The position numbers and the translations under genes are program-made. Shown one piece after another: positions 28,948-37,522 of a stretch of 64,000 bases of DNA. Origin of the DNA: an uncultured virus (IMG/VR IMGVR_UViG_3300031720_000001). Its lineage: Duplodnaviria; Heunggongvirae; Uroviricota; Caudoviricetes. The stretch's first letter is position 1. Every line of letters starts with the position of its first letter. The notes below the pieces were generated by a model. The model was not told where the DNA came from and did no database searches. It saw only the letters and a list, made by a program, of their open reading frames with translations. The DNA lies in the IMG/VR virus record IMGVR_UViG_3300031720_000001; one strand, 5' to 3'.

Positions 28948-29721
28948 TCAGGCGGGAGTATCGCTGACGATAACCTCGAACGGCGTCTGCGAGCCGCCGG
29001 TGATGTTCACGACGATCATCAAGGCATCGAACATCCCGGAGACCGCCGCGCGCACGAGGGAGGTATGGGTGCCGCCGATCGGAACCGCCAGGTCCTTGTC
29101 GATCACGAACTCCATCGCCTTGGTCTGGTCGTTCGGGTAGTACACGATGCCCACGACCGACCACGCCAAGGTCGCGCCGGAACTGTTGACGATCCGACAG
29201 CACGCGTACTTGCGGCCCCAGTACGGCAAGACCAGGTAGGAGTCGCGAATGGCCGCCGTCTCAATCTCGGGAAATCGGTACGTCTTATCGTTGCGCGTGG
29301 GGACCAGCGCCGGCTGAGGGCTGAAATACTGGATGACGTCCAACACGGGTGTGATGAAGGTCAGGCTGTCCTGGGCGGGGTCGAAGGTCGACGGCAAGAA
29401 GCTGGGGTCGTAGAGGTCCGACGGCCAGAGCATGATGCGGCCCGGGCGCTGGGATGGCGCGTAGGTGTCGCTGAGATTGTAGATCGGCCCCACGAACGAC
29501 CGCGGCGGCCCCACCTGGATCTGGTTGACCCCCGTCGGCACCTGGCCATCGAAGTAGGCGATGTTGACGTTGGCGACGTCGGAGAGGGGCCCCAGCGCCA
29601 GCCCGTGGCCGGACTGCTCGGACTCGTAGATGTCCCCCGGCGAGGTCAGGAGGGTGTTCAGCCGGAAGAACCCGCCGCCATTGGTGGCGTACTCGTTCGC
29701 GCTGGGTTGTGGGTACGCCAT
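28948..29721 (-). CDS. Paralog of 25509-26306
   Basis: Sequence similarity along the whole length. Confidence 0.75.
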   Translation of the reverse strand: MAYPQPSANEYATNGGGFFRLNTLLTSPGDIYESEQSGHGLALGPLSDVANVNIAYFDGQVPTGVNQIQVGPPRSFVGPIYNLSDTYAPSQRPGRIMLWPSDLYDPSFLPSTFDPAQDSLTFITPVLDVIQYFSPQPALVPTRNDKTYRFPEIETAAIRDSYLVLPYWGRKYACCRIVNSSGATLAWSVVGIVYYPNDQTKAMEFVIDKDLAVPIGGTHTSLVRAAVSGMFDALMIVVNITGGSQTPFEVIVSDTPA

Positions 29722-29738
29722 CCAAGGCAGAGCCTAAC

Positions 29739-30341
29739 TCACATAGCCGGGCGCGTACCAGGACTCACACCCAACGACTGCAGGAGCACGTCGGCCGCCG
29801 CGTTGATGGCCCTCATCCGATCGTCCGAGCCGCCGGTATGGTCGGAGTGATAGCGCTTGGCCATCCGCCGACGGGTCATCTTGACGAGATCTGGGGTCAG
29901 GGGCTCGCTGGGCGAGAACCCCAGGACCTGCCGCGCGTCGATCTCGGCGCGCCGGGCGTCGACGCGCGGATCGGGCGGCGGTGGGTACGGTTGCGCCTGC
30001 CGCCACCACCATGTGGACGGGTCGTGGCCCTGGCGAGCTCGCTGGTGCGTGGCGCCCTCGCTCTCGCCGGGTCGCAGGTCCGGGTGGTAGCCGGTCCCGA
30101 TCCCCTGGCTGCCCTGCCCGAACAGTTCATCCAGCGCGCCCAGGGTCGCGTCCGCGTTGATGGGCTTGCCCTGCAGGAAGTTCAAGAGCGATCGCGCCAC
30201 GACCTCGCTGGGGTGCTTGGGCCGGGATGCCTCCTGGAAGGCGATCCGGTGCGCCGGGCACAGCGGTGGATTGCCGGTCCCCTCGCGCGGGCAGCGCCGG
30301 GAGCGCTCGCGGTAACTGCACTTCAGCCGTCGGGGCGGCAT
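29739..30341 (-). CDS. J-domain-like protein (HSD in place of HPD)
   Basis: ARQVLG..AKRYHSDHTGGS..INAAADVL. Confidence 0.6.
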   Translation of the reverse strand: MPPRRLKCSYRERSRRCPREGTGNPPLCPAHRIAFQEASRPKHPSEVVARSLLNFLQGKPINADATLGALDELFGQGSQGIGTGYHPDLRPGESEGATHQRARQGHDPSTWWWRQAQPYPPPPDPRVDARRAEIDARQVLGFSPSEPLTPDLVKMTRRRMAKRYHSDHTGGSDDRMRAINAAADVLLQSLGVSPGTRPAM

Positions 30342-30533
30342 GTCACGCGCCGATCATCCGATTGGACGCGTCCACGGGGTAGCACGCGGTCCGGTGCGTG
30401 GGCGGCCTGTCCCGGGTGTGGTCCTTCGTGCAGGGGTTCATCTGCTGGGCGCGGGCCATCCGGGCGATGAACGCGCGCTGATGCTCTTGGGACCCGTACT
30501 GGTCGTCGATCGATCGCAGGTACTCGTAGACGG

Positions 30534-31295
30534 TCATCGCTCCGAAGTGTCGCAGACCCCCACAACCGATGACAAGCGCGTCCAGCCCTGGGCCAGCCGG
30601 AGCCAGGACGCGAACATCCGATGAAACCCCATCGCGGTCTCATCCAGGATCCGCTTGTACGCGATCCCGTGCGCGCCCAGGGGCGAGACGGGGGGCAGCA
30701 GATCGACCCCCAGCCGCATGTGCAGGTGATCGACCCGGTGGACATGCCAGTACGGCGAATCCTGGATGCCCAGGCGACGGACCACCGGCTCCATCTGCCG
30801 GAAGAACGCCTCCGCGAAGGCCTCGCCGCCCAGGTTGTGGCGCACGACCTGCTCGTCCGGGCTCTCCTCGCGCGCGGACCACAGACAGAGCTCGGCCAGC
30901 GTGTGGGTCTCCGTCGTCGGTGTCGCTGCGTGGCCGTAGCCGTGGGCCTCCATCCAGCGCCAGTGCTGCCTCGGGTGAGGGCCCTCCTCGTACGCGTGCT
31001 CCATGAACGTGTGGAGGAGCGGAGAGTCCCGGGGGCACATCCCGGCGCGTAGCATCAGCGCCTGGATGAACCGGTGCCCGAAGAACTCGAGGTCCGGCAT
31101 CCATCGTCGGATCGCCGACTCATCCATCGTCGGCAACGCCTGAAAGAACGCGTTCCGGCACACCGCGTCTCGGCGCTGCGTTGCGTACTGCACCAGCCAC
31201 TCCAGCGAGGGCACCACGGGTGGACTCACCCTCAGGTTCTGCGTGATCTCGGTCTCGGTCTCCATGTCGGTCTCCTTCATCTCGGGGGGTTGCAC
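30534..31295 (-). CDS. Heme-oxygenase-like diiron (iron-containing redox) protein
   Basis: EHAYEE.PH, E, YWHVH..D..H metal-ligand pattern. Confidence 0.6.
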   Translation of the reverse strand: MQPPEMKETDMETETEITQNLRVSPPVVPSLEWLVQYATQRRDAVCRNAFFQALPTMDESAIRRWMPDLEFFGHRFIQALMLRAGMCPRDSPLLHTFMEHAYEEGPHPRQHWRWMEAHGYGHAATPTTETHTLAELCLWSAREESPDEQVVRHNLGGEAFAEAFFRQMEPVVRRLGIQDSPYWHVHRVDHLHMRLGVDLLPPVSPLGAHGIAYKRILDETAMGFHRMFASWLRLAQGWTRLSSVVGVCDTSER

Positions 31296-31319
31296 ACAAT
31301 CATCCTCGTCACCGGCGGA

Positions 31320-32498
31320 TCACCTCCGCCGCTTTTTGCTGCTCCGGACGTTCTTGGTCGGCTGGACGTTCTTGGTCGGCTTGATTCCCTGGACGTGGCG
31401 CATGTAGGCCTGCCAGGGCTTGGCAAACGTCGCGGCATCCTTGAGGCCAACGACCCAGCGCGCGCCATCCATGAGTCCCCGCACGTAGTCGTGGGTTGGT
31501 GGCTTCTTGGTGGCCATGGCCAGGAAGTCATCGACCACCGCGTACGACGGCTTGGTCAGGGGCTTGACCGGCTGGACCGGGCGGGCCGGTGGAGGGGGCA
31601 GCGGCAGCGGGGCCTGCGCGCGCGGGGCCTTGGCCTTGCTCGAGGGGGCCTTCGTCGCAGAAGCCTTGGGAGGCTTCGCGGGCTTGGGCTCCGCCTGGGC
31701 GGCGATCCGCTGTTCCTTGGCGTGGACGCGCGCGCCGGTCTTGTCGCCTTCCTTGCGCGCCTCGACGACCCGGGAGGCCGCGTCGCGCTGCTTGCCCGGA
31801 TCGCGCTCGGCCGCCAGGTCCTTGAACTGCTCGTCCGTGATCTCGCCCGTCTTCCAGGACAGGAGAAGCTTGGGGCTGGCGTGCTCGCGGGCCGCCAGGA
31901 TCTTCGAGACCCAAGACTCACTCCTCCGGATCGCCTGGGCGATCTTGGCCAGGATGAAGTCCTTACCCGTGTCGGGATCCCGGCTGCCGCGCAGACGCTG
32001 GGCGGCCTCACTGAGCTCGAAGCTCGAGAGCCCGGCGCGGGTGCCGACCGCATCGAGCGCGCGCAGGAGGTACTTGTCGGCGAGCTCGCGGGTCCAGGTG
32101 ACGGGCTCGGACTCCAGGTCAAAGACCGGGATCAGGGTGTCGGGCGGCAGGTCCGCCTTCTCCACGGCCCGATATCGGCGCTGGCCGTCAATGACCAGGT
32201 TCACCACGGCGCCGTTGATGAAGATCTGCACGACCTCGAGGGGGACGCGGACGCCAGCGACGGTCTGGACGTGCTCCTCCACCTCGCTACTGGTGGTATC
32301 GGACAGGATGCTCTGCGTGAGCTCCTCGATCGAGGCGTCATCCAACCCGGTCTGGCTGCGCGGGTTCGCCCACCACTTGGTCTCGAGCAAGAGAGTCGAG
32401 AACGCCACGTAGCGGATCGCGCGCTGACCCTCCGGAGGGTCAGCGGTCGAGGGGTCGGCGGCCACGGACTGAGAATCGGAGTCGGTCTCGTTCTGCAT
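31320..32498 (-). CDS. ParB/KorB-like DNA-binding protein
   Basis: NPR..IEELTQSI..PL.V..IDGQRRYRA ParB box; HTH LAKIAQAIRRSESWVSKIL; GGAGGA RBS. Confidence 0.8.
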   Translation of the reverse strand: MQNETDSDSQSVAADPSTADPPEGQRAIRYVAFSTLLLETKWWANPRSQTGLDDASIEELTQSILSDTTSSEVEEHVQTVAGVRVPLEVVQIFINGAVVNLVIDGQRRYRAVEKADLPPDTLIPVFDLESEPVTWTRELADKYLLRALDAVGTRAGLSSFELSEAAQRLRGSRDPDTGKDFILAKIAQAIRRSESWVSKILAAREHASPKLLLSWKTGEITDEQFKDLAAERDPGKQRDAASRVVEARKEGDKTGARVHAKEQRIAAQAEPKPAKPPKASATKAPSSKAKAPRAQAPLPLPPPPARPVQPVKPLTKPSYAVVDDFLAMATKKPPTHDYVRGLMDGARWVVGLKDAATFAKPWQAYMRHVQGIKPTKNVQPTKNVRSSKKRRR

Positions 32499-32692
32499 AG
32501 TTCCTCCAGGGGTGAAGAAAAGGGGCGGGAGCGCACGCAGGGAAACGCGCGCCCTTCGCGTCGGCGGGCCCCGGGTGGGAGGGCACGCGTCGCTGGCTAC
32601 CGCCGTCGCCGTTCGTCCGGCGCGTTACCGCGGACGACTCAAGAGCTCGGCATGGGGCATCTCCATCTCGGGGATCGCATGATGCACAGGTT

Positions 32693-32711
32693 TTCTTGCC
32701 AGTGGCAAGAA
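32693..32711. promoter_or_regulatory. Extended palindromic operator upstream of the parB-like gene
   Basis: TTCTTGCCAGTGGCAAGAA. Confidence 0.75.
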
Positions 32712-32717
32712 CCGCGG

Positions 32718-32936
32718 CTAGCCCTTGCAGATCTTCATGTGGCCAGCGAGTTGCCAGCCGAAGTCCGACGGATCGTGTGAGGTCCCGTTCTCGCCGCAGT
32801 CCTCGCACGCCCAGGTCCAGGACGGGGCGTCCGGATCGTTGGGGGGCGCCTCGCGAACGTAGAACGACCGCATCCGTAAGCGAAGCGGGGGCTCTTGCGC
32901 AGGAAACGGCAGGGTCTCGGGCTTGGTCTCGGGCAT
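32718..32936 (-). CDS. Small C2H2-like Zn-finger protein
   Basis: CEDCG..HMKIC. Confidence 0.45.
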   Translation of the reverse strand: MPETKPETLPFPAQEPPLRLRMRSFYVREAPPNDPDAPSWTWACEDCGENGTSHDPSDFGWQLAGHMKICKG

Positions 32937-32953
32937 CTCGAAGCTCCAGAAAG

Positions 32954-34297
32954 TCAGAGGGTCTTGATCGCGTCCAGGGACGCGCGGATGAAGACAGCAG
33001 CTACCTGCGGGACGATCGCGTTGCCGTAGCCCGACAGGAGCCCCACGCGGTCGGGTACCCCATGAGCCAACGGGAATGTTCCGGGTTCAACTGGCCGGGC
33101 GACCGGGGGCCTCCCGGAGGGGTCGCGGCAGAGCACCCATTCGGCGCCGGCCCAGAATCCGCGAGTTGCGCCGACTCGTTCAGGTTGGACACGCCATGCC
33201 CGGAATCGCGCATCGCCTGCACCTGCGTGTGGGTCTTGGGCGGCTTGGCGTCGTGAGTCTGCGGGGTCGGCCACGCGCCCAGCCCCGCCACCTCGTTCAG
33301 CGGTCTCGCGTTCTCTCCGTGCTTGTTGCTGGCTGATGACTTCCAGTCCCGGGCCGCTGGTGTCGGCCAACTCGTCAGAACCGTGTTCTTCAGATCCTTG
33401 CCGCCGTGGGCGAACGTCTCCGCGCCTCCGCCCTTGGCGTCCCCCGCGACCGGTGTCGGCCAGCCCGCCAGGAATACGGTGTCCCGCAGGTTCGAGCGCC
33501 GACCGTTGAGGTGTGCCTCGCTTCCGCCGCCCGCTGCTCCGTTCGCCAAGGGTGTCGGCCATGCTGCGAGTCGCGCCTGAATCGACGGGTGGGTGATCGC
33601 CAGCCGGGGTCCGCTGGCCATGTTCCTCTTCATTGCAACGTAGTTCTCGATCGTGTTTCCCAACTCGGCGGCGACCGGCGTCGCCCACGCCGCCAGCACC
33701 ATCTTCGCCGCCCCGGTGAGCTTCAGACAGGGCTGGTTCGGATCGCCGTTCCGGTAGCTGTGTGTGGAGGCCTTCGAGCCGTCGGTCTCCAGGGGTGTAG
33801 GCCACGAAGTACAGGCGCTGTCGTCGGTGGGGGCTGCCAACGCCCGCTGCGCACAGATCCGCCGCCCCGACGGCGTAACCGCATCGCTCCAGGTCAGCGA
33901 AAACAAGGTCGAGCCACTCGAGACCAAGTGTGCTCGCAACCTGTTCTCCAAACACGATTGGAGGGCGACACTCACGGATGAGTGCGCACCATGCTGGCCA
34001 AAGATGTCGAGGGTCGAGAAACCCGCGCCGCGCGCCCGCATCCGAGAGTCCCTGACAGGGACAGGATCCGGTCCAGATGTCGGCGGCATCGCTGACCCCA
34101 GCGAGCCGGAGAGCATGCGACCACCCGCCGATCCCGGCGAAGAAATGTCGCTGTCCAGGCCCTGCAACGTCTCCTGGGGCAAGCTCGGCGATGGAGCGTC
34201 GGTCGATGATTCCGGGGGCGATGTGGCCATGGGCTTGTAGATCCTCCAGCCAGTCCGCTGCGAAGGGGGCATTCTCGTTGTAGAGGGTCGTCGTCAT
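32954..34297 (-). CDS. C5-cytosine DNA methyltransferase, catalytic subunit
   Basis: FFAGIGG (I), SCPCQ (IV), GEQV (VI), HRRQRLY (VIII), GYGNAIVP (X). Confidence 0.85.
   Translation of the reverse strand: MTTTLYNENAPFAADWLEDLQAHGHIAPGIIDRRSIAELAPGDVAGPGQRHFFAGIGGWSHALRLAGVSDAADIWTGSCPCQGLSDAGARRGFLDPRHLWPAWCALIRECRPPIVFGEQVASTLGLEWLDLVFADLERCGYAVGAADLCAAGVGSPHRRQRLYFVAYTPGDRRLEGLHTQLPERRSEPALSEAHRGGEDGAGGVGDAGRRRVGKHDRELRCNEEEHGQRTPAGDHPPVDSGATRSMADTLGERSSGRRKRGTPQRSALEPAGHRIPGGLADTGRGGRQGRRRGDVRPRRQGSEEHGSDELADTSGPGLEVISQQQARRERETAERGGGAGRVADPADSRRQAAQDPHAGAGDARFRAWRVQPERVGATRGFWAGAEWVLCRDPSGRPPVARPVEPGTFPLAHGVPDRVGLLSGYGNAIVPQVAAVFIRASLDAIKTL
33001..34272 (-). CDS. Overlapping alternative-frame MTase subunit (W[PA]TP repeats plus motif IX); start uncertain
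   Basis: Six W[PA]TP repeats and LNPEHSRWLMGYP. Confidence 0.7.
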   Translation of the reverse strand: MPPSQRTGWRIYKPMATSPPESSTDAPSPSLPQETLQGLDSDISSPGSAGGRMLSGSLGSAMPPTSGPDPVPVRDSRMRARGAGFSTLDIFGQHGAHSSVSVALQSCLENRLRAHLVSSGSTLFSLTWSDAVTPSGRRICAQRALAAPTDDSACTSWPTPLETDGSKASTHSYRNGDPNQPCLKLTGAAKMVLAAWATPVAAELGNTIENYVAMKRNMASGPRLAITHPSIQARLAAWPTPLANGAAGGGSEAHLNGRRSNLRDTVFLAGWPTPVAGDAKGGGAETFAHGGKDLKNTVLTSWPTPAARDWKSSASNKHGENARPLNEVAGLGAWPTPQTHDAKPPKTHTQVQAMRDSGHGVSNLNESAQLADSGPAPNGCSAATPPGGPRSPGQLNPEHSRWLMGYPTAWGSCRATATRSSRR

Positions 34298-34529
34298 GCG
34301 GAACGTTGCCGCTCGTACACGATGGGGTTGTGCTTGCTTACGGTATCGATGACCTGCCCGAGACTACCGATGGCCCCATCGTCGATCATGCGTCGCAACG
34401 TCGTGATTGTCCTCTTGTCGTACCCCGGCGGCACGTACCCCGGGCCGTGGTCGGGACAGTCATGGGGGACGGGGTCACGGCGCTGCTTGCCCCCGCGGGT
34501 GAAGCACCAGAGACATCGCGGTAGCCCGC

Positions 34530-35156
34530 TCATGGAGCCCTTCCGAGCTCGCGCTCGGCCGCCTCCATGGCCAGGTTGAGCTCGACCGCTCGCTCCCTGT
34601 TGCCGCCGGCGTCGGTGTGAGCAATCCGCATGAGCGAATGGTATTGCGCGCGCACCTGATCCAGAATGTCCTTACGCTGGAAGGCGCTGGCCGCGTTGGG
34701 GATGTGGGGCGAGAAGCCCAGCACGTGTCGCCAGTTCGGGCGCTCCTCCTGGCCGGGGGGCAACGCGTTGAAGCCCTGGAATGCACGCGACACCATGTCG
34801 CTGGCGCCCCAGCGCGCGAGGCCCCGGATCGCGTTGATCGAGAGCGCGATGGCGCGCAGGTTGTCGGCGATGGCGTGGTGGCGGTCGCACGCGATCACGC
34901 GCTCGGCGCCGTCGTGGACAAACCACACGGCGATCCCGGGATCCGTACCCCGGCGACCCTCCGCGTAGGGAAGGCCATCGCGGCGCACCGGCAGATCGCT
35001 GGTGATCACGATGTTGGCGGCGCCCAGCAGGCGGAGTTCCTCCCGGAGCGAGCTCAGCGCGGCCGAGAAGCCATGAAAGAACCGCGCGCCGCGGCGCTCA
35101 TCGGGGGGTGTGCGTTGCCAGCCGGGCGGCCACTGCAACGGGAATGGTTCACGCAT
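34530..35156 (-). CDS. Phage J-domain-containing protein (HTD in place of HPD)
   Basis: PLQWPPGWQRT..DPGIAVWF..IACD..NLRAIA..WRHVLG..AHTDAGG..LNLA. Confidence 0.75.
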   Translation of the reverse strand: MREPFPLQWPPGWQRTPPDERRGARFFHGFSAALSSLREELRLLGAANIVITSDLPVRRDGLPYAEGRRGTDPGIAVWFVHDGAERVIACDRHHAIADNLRAIALSINAIRGLARWGASDMVSRAFQGFNALPPGQEERPNWRHVLGFSPHIPNAASAFQRKDILDQVRAQYHSLMRIAHTDAGGNRERAVELNLAMEAAERELGRAP

Positions 35157-35460
35157 CTCGAATCTCCTGTGTGACGATACTACGATCGGTCAGTGACACG
35201 TGTGAACGGGTGCTCGGGGGCGTCGGGATCGACGTCGACTTTCTCCAGCTCAGAACCGGAGAACCAACCCGCCGAGTGCGCCCACCGGATGGCCATGGCC
35301 GCGTCGCAGCCACCATCCCGACCGGTGCTCTGGATCGGTGTCGTCTCCAAGTTATCGACGGCCTCGTGCCACGAGTCGCCGATGCCGATCGTGACGCTGT
35401 GCCCTGGCATACCGGTCTCGACGACGACACAGAGGTCGCCGTCCTTGTAGGTATGACTAC

Positions 35461-36135
35461 TCACAGCACATACTCCCGGGTCAGGAGCCGGCCGCCCCAG
35501 TCGATTTCGACGAGGCACGTGTTCTCCGAGTTGGTTCCCTGGCATGTCTTGCACGTGCCCAGGTGGTTACGGACCTGCATGCGGACCGAGGTCGGTGGGC
35601 TCATTTGCATCCAGGGGTGACGCCGGATCGCCTCGCAGGCCGTGAGCAGTCGCCGGAGGGTTTGCCACTCCTCGTCAGCGAGATCCGGCTCCGGAGTGGT
35701 TCGCCAGTCGATCGGCACGGACCCGTCGACCGCACAGTCACGCATCCAGGTCGGTGCGCGGTGCTGGATCGCTGAGGGGCCTTTGCGGGTCTTGCGGGGA
35801 TACAGCGCGAACGCTCGGAAGAGCTCGTTGCGCGCTAGCCTCAGGAACTCCTCCTCGGGAAGGCACCCACTGGCCCACCGCTGGCGCTGGTTCACGCTTC
35901 CCAGCCGGAGCGCTTCGGTCTCCTGCCACACGCGCAGGTTGTCCTCACTCAGTTGTTCGGCGACCGATAGGGGCACGGCTGTGACGTGCACGATCTCGAT
36001 CGGATGGATCCCGGGCCTGGCGCACGCAAGCCGCTTGGCGCGCTGCTCAGCATCTCCCTCGCTATCGGCGTCGACGTAGAGCCCCAGGAGCACGAGTACC
36101 TCCGCGCGGAAGCGCTGTGGTGATGGCGCGGTCAT
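35461..36135 (-). CDS. Hypothetical protein
   Basis: ATGA-coupled ORF. Confidence 0.55.
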   Translation of the reverse strand: MTAPSPQRFRAEVLVLLGLYVDADSEGDAEQRAKRLACARPGIHPIEIVHVTAVPLSVAEQLSEDNLRVWQETEALRLGSVNQRQRWASGCLPEEEFLRLARNELFRAFALYPRKTRKGPSAIQHRAPTWMRDCAVDGSVPIDWRTTPEPDLADEEWQTLRRLLTACEAIRRHPWMQMSPPTSVRMQVRNHLGTCKTCQGTNSENTCLVEIDWGGRLLTREYVL

Positions 36136-37055
36136 GGCACGACCTGTATCCCCGCCTCACGCCGCGCAAACGCGAGCGCGCGATCGTTCCGGTAGGCTTG
36201 CCAGCACACCATGGAACGCGTCCAGCGAAATCCTGCAGCACCCAGGCGCGCGCGCACGTCGGCGGCCGGCTTGCCTGGGAAGTACAGGCGCACCCGGTTA
36301 TCGGCCGGGCAATCCTCGAGTCGCGCGAGCTGGCCCTCGATCTCCGTCGCTTCGGTTGCCTGATCGCGGGCGACCACGGTCAACCGTCCACGCAGACGCC
36401 GGATGTTGGCTTGGTTGTTGGTGAGCTCAAACGCCGCGAATCCGATGCGCCCGCAGAAATCGCGTTTCAGGAGGTCGCGGGCGCGGCCTTCCGAGTGCCC
36501 GAGCGCCATCAACGCGGCGATCTGTGCGGCCTCCCCCGCGCGCGCGTGCTTGCGGATCGCAACGTTGGCGGCCTTCATGACCGCTTGGAGCTGCTCGGCC
36601 TTCGCGATCTTCTCGGCGAGCCGCGTCTGCGCGTCACCGTCGCCGGCCATGATCGGGCGCCACTCCGGGTGTAGGGTCTTGAGGATCGCCGCAAGCGCGG
36701 CCTTCCGGAACTCGATTAGTTCGTCGGTCTTGCGGCTTGCGTGATCGTTGCGCTTGCGCATGCGCTCCACGGGGAAGTTGCTCCCTCCGGTGATCATCGT
36801 GGACATGCAGCGCGCACGGGATCCGAGGTACGCGAGGTACCGCTTGCGGTATCCCTGTCGGTAGCGGGCGAACTCCTCCTCGAGCGTCGCGCGCTTCTCG
36901 TCGGTCGTGGCGTGCTCGGCGAGGCTGGCGTAGTCACTGGCGAGCGTGCTCGCGTAGCCCGCGCGCTCGGACGCAGCGCGATCCTCGGGTACAAAACTCG
37001 TGCCCGCGTGTGCGCGCTGCGCGAGCTCGAACGGGATGTCATTCTCGAACGTCAT
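36132..37055 (-). CDS. Conserved phage/plasmid early protein
   Basis: STMITGGSNFP; F.LTNNQANIRR; NRVRLYFPGKP..GFRW; AGGAG RBS. Confidence 0.65.
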   Translation of the reverse strand: MTFENDIPFELAQRAHAGTSFVPEDRAASERAGYASTLASDYASLAEHATTDEKRATLEEEFARYRQGYRKRYLAYLGSRARCMSTMITGGSNFPVERMRKRNDHASRKTDELIEFRKAALAAILKTLHPEWRPIMAGDGDAQTRLAEKIAKAEQLQAVMKAANVAIRKHARAGEAAQIAALMALGHSEGRARDLLKRDFCGRIGFAAFELTNNQANIRRLRGRLTVVARDQATEATEIEGQLARLEDCPADNRVRLYFPGKPAADVRARLGAAGFRWTRSMVCWQAYRNDRALAFARREAGIQVVP

Positions 37056-37522
37056 AGCAATCTCCTGCCCCCATGGGGCGCTGTTCACGTTGTTCAGGTC
37101 TCGTAGTCTGCGGTGTCGGTCATCTCGCCGTCGACGTGCAGTGACCCGCTGGCGTGGGGGACTTCCTTCGAATTCCCCGCGTCCGTGATCACGACCGTGC
37201 CGTCAGCGGATGCGCGCAATACCTCGTCGTACCCGAGGTTCGCCGCGATCGCGATCGCCCGCTCCTCGGTAGGACACCGCCGGCTATACACCGCCGCTCC
37301 GTTGTGGATCTCGGCAATCACGTAAGGGTCGTCGAACCCGCTGAACTTGCGGATCTCGATACAGCGACCGGAACCGGGAGCGTTCGTGGGGTTGTAGCAG
37401 GTCGCGATCTTCGTACTCGCTGGAGCGGTCGTCATTGAGAGTCCTTTGGTGGTGTGAGCGATGGTTTGAGCGATACGCGCGGACCGCACGCGCCGGTGGC
37501 GCGCGTACGATCAAGGCGCCGC

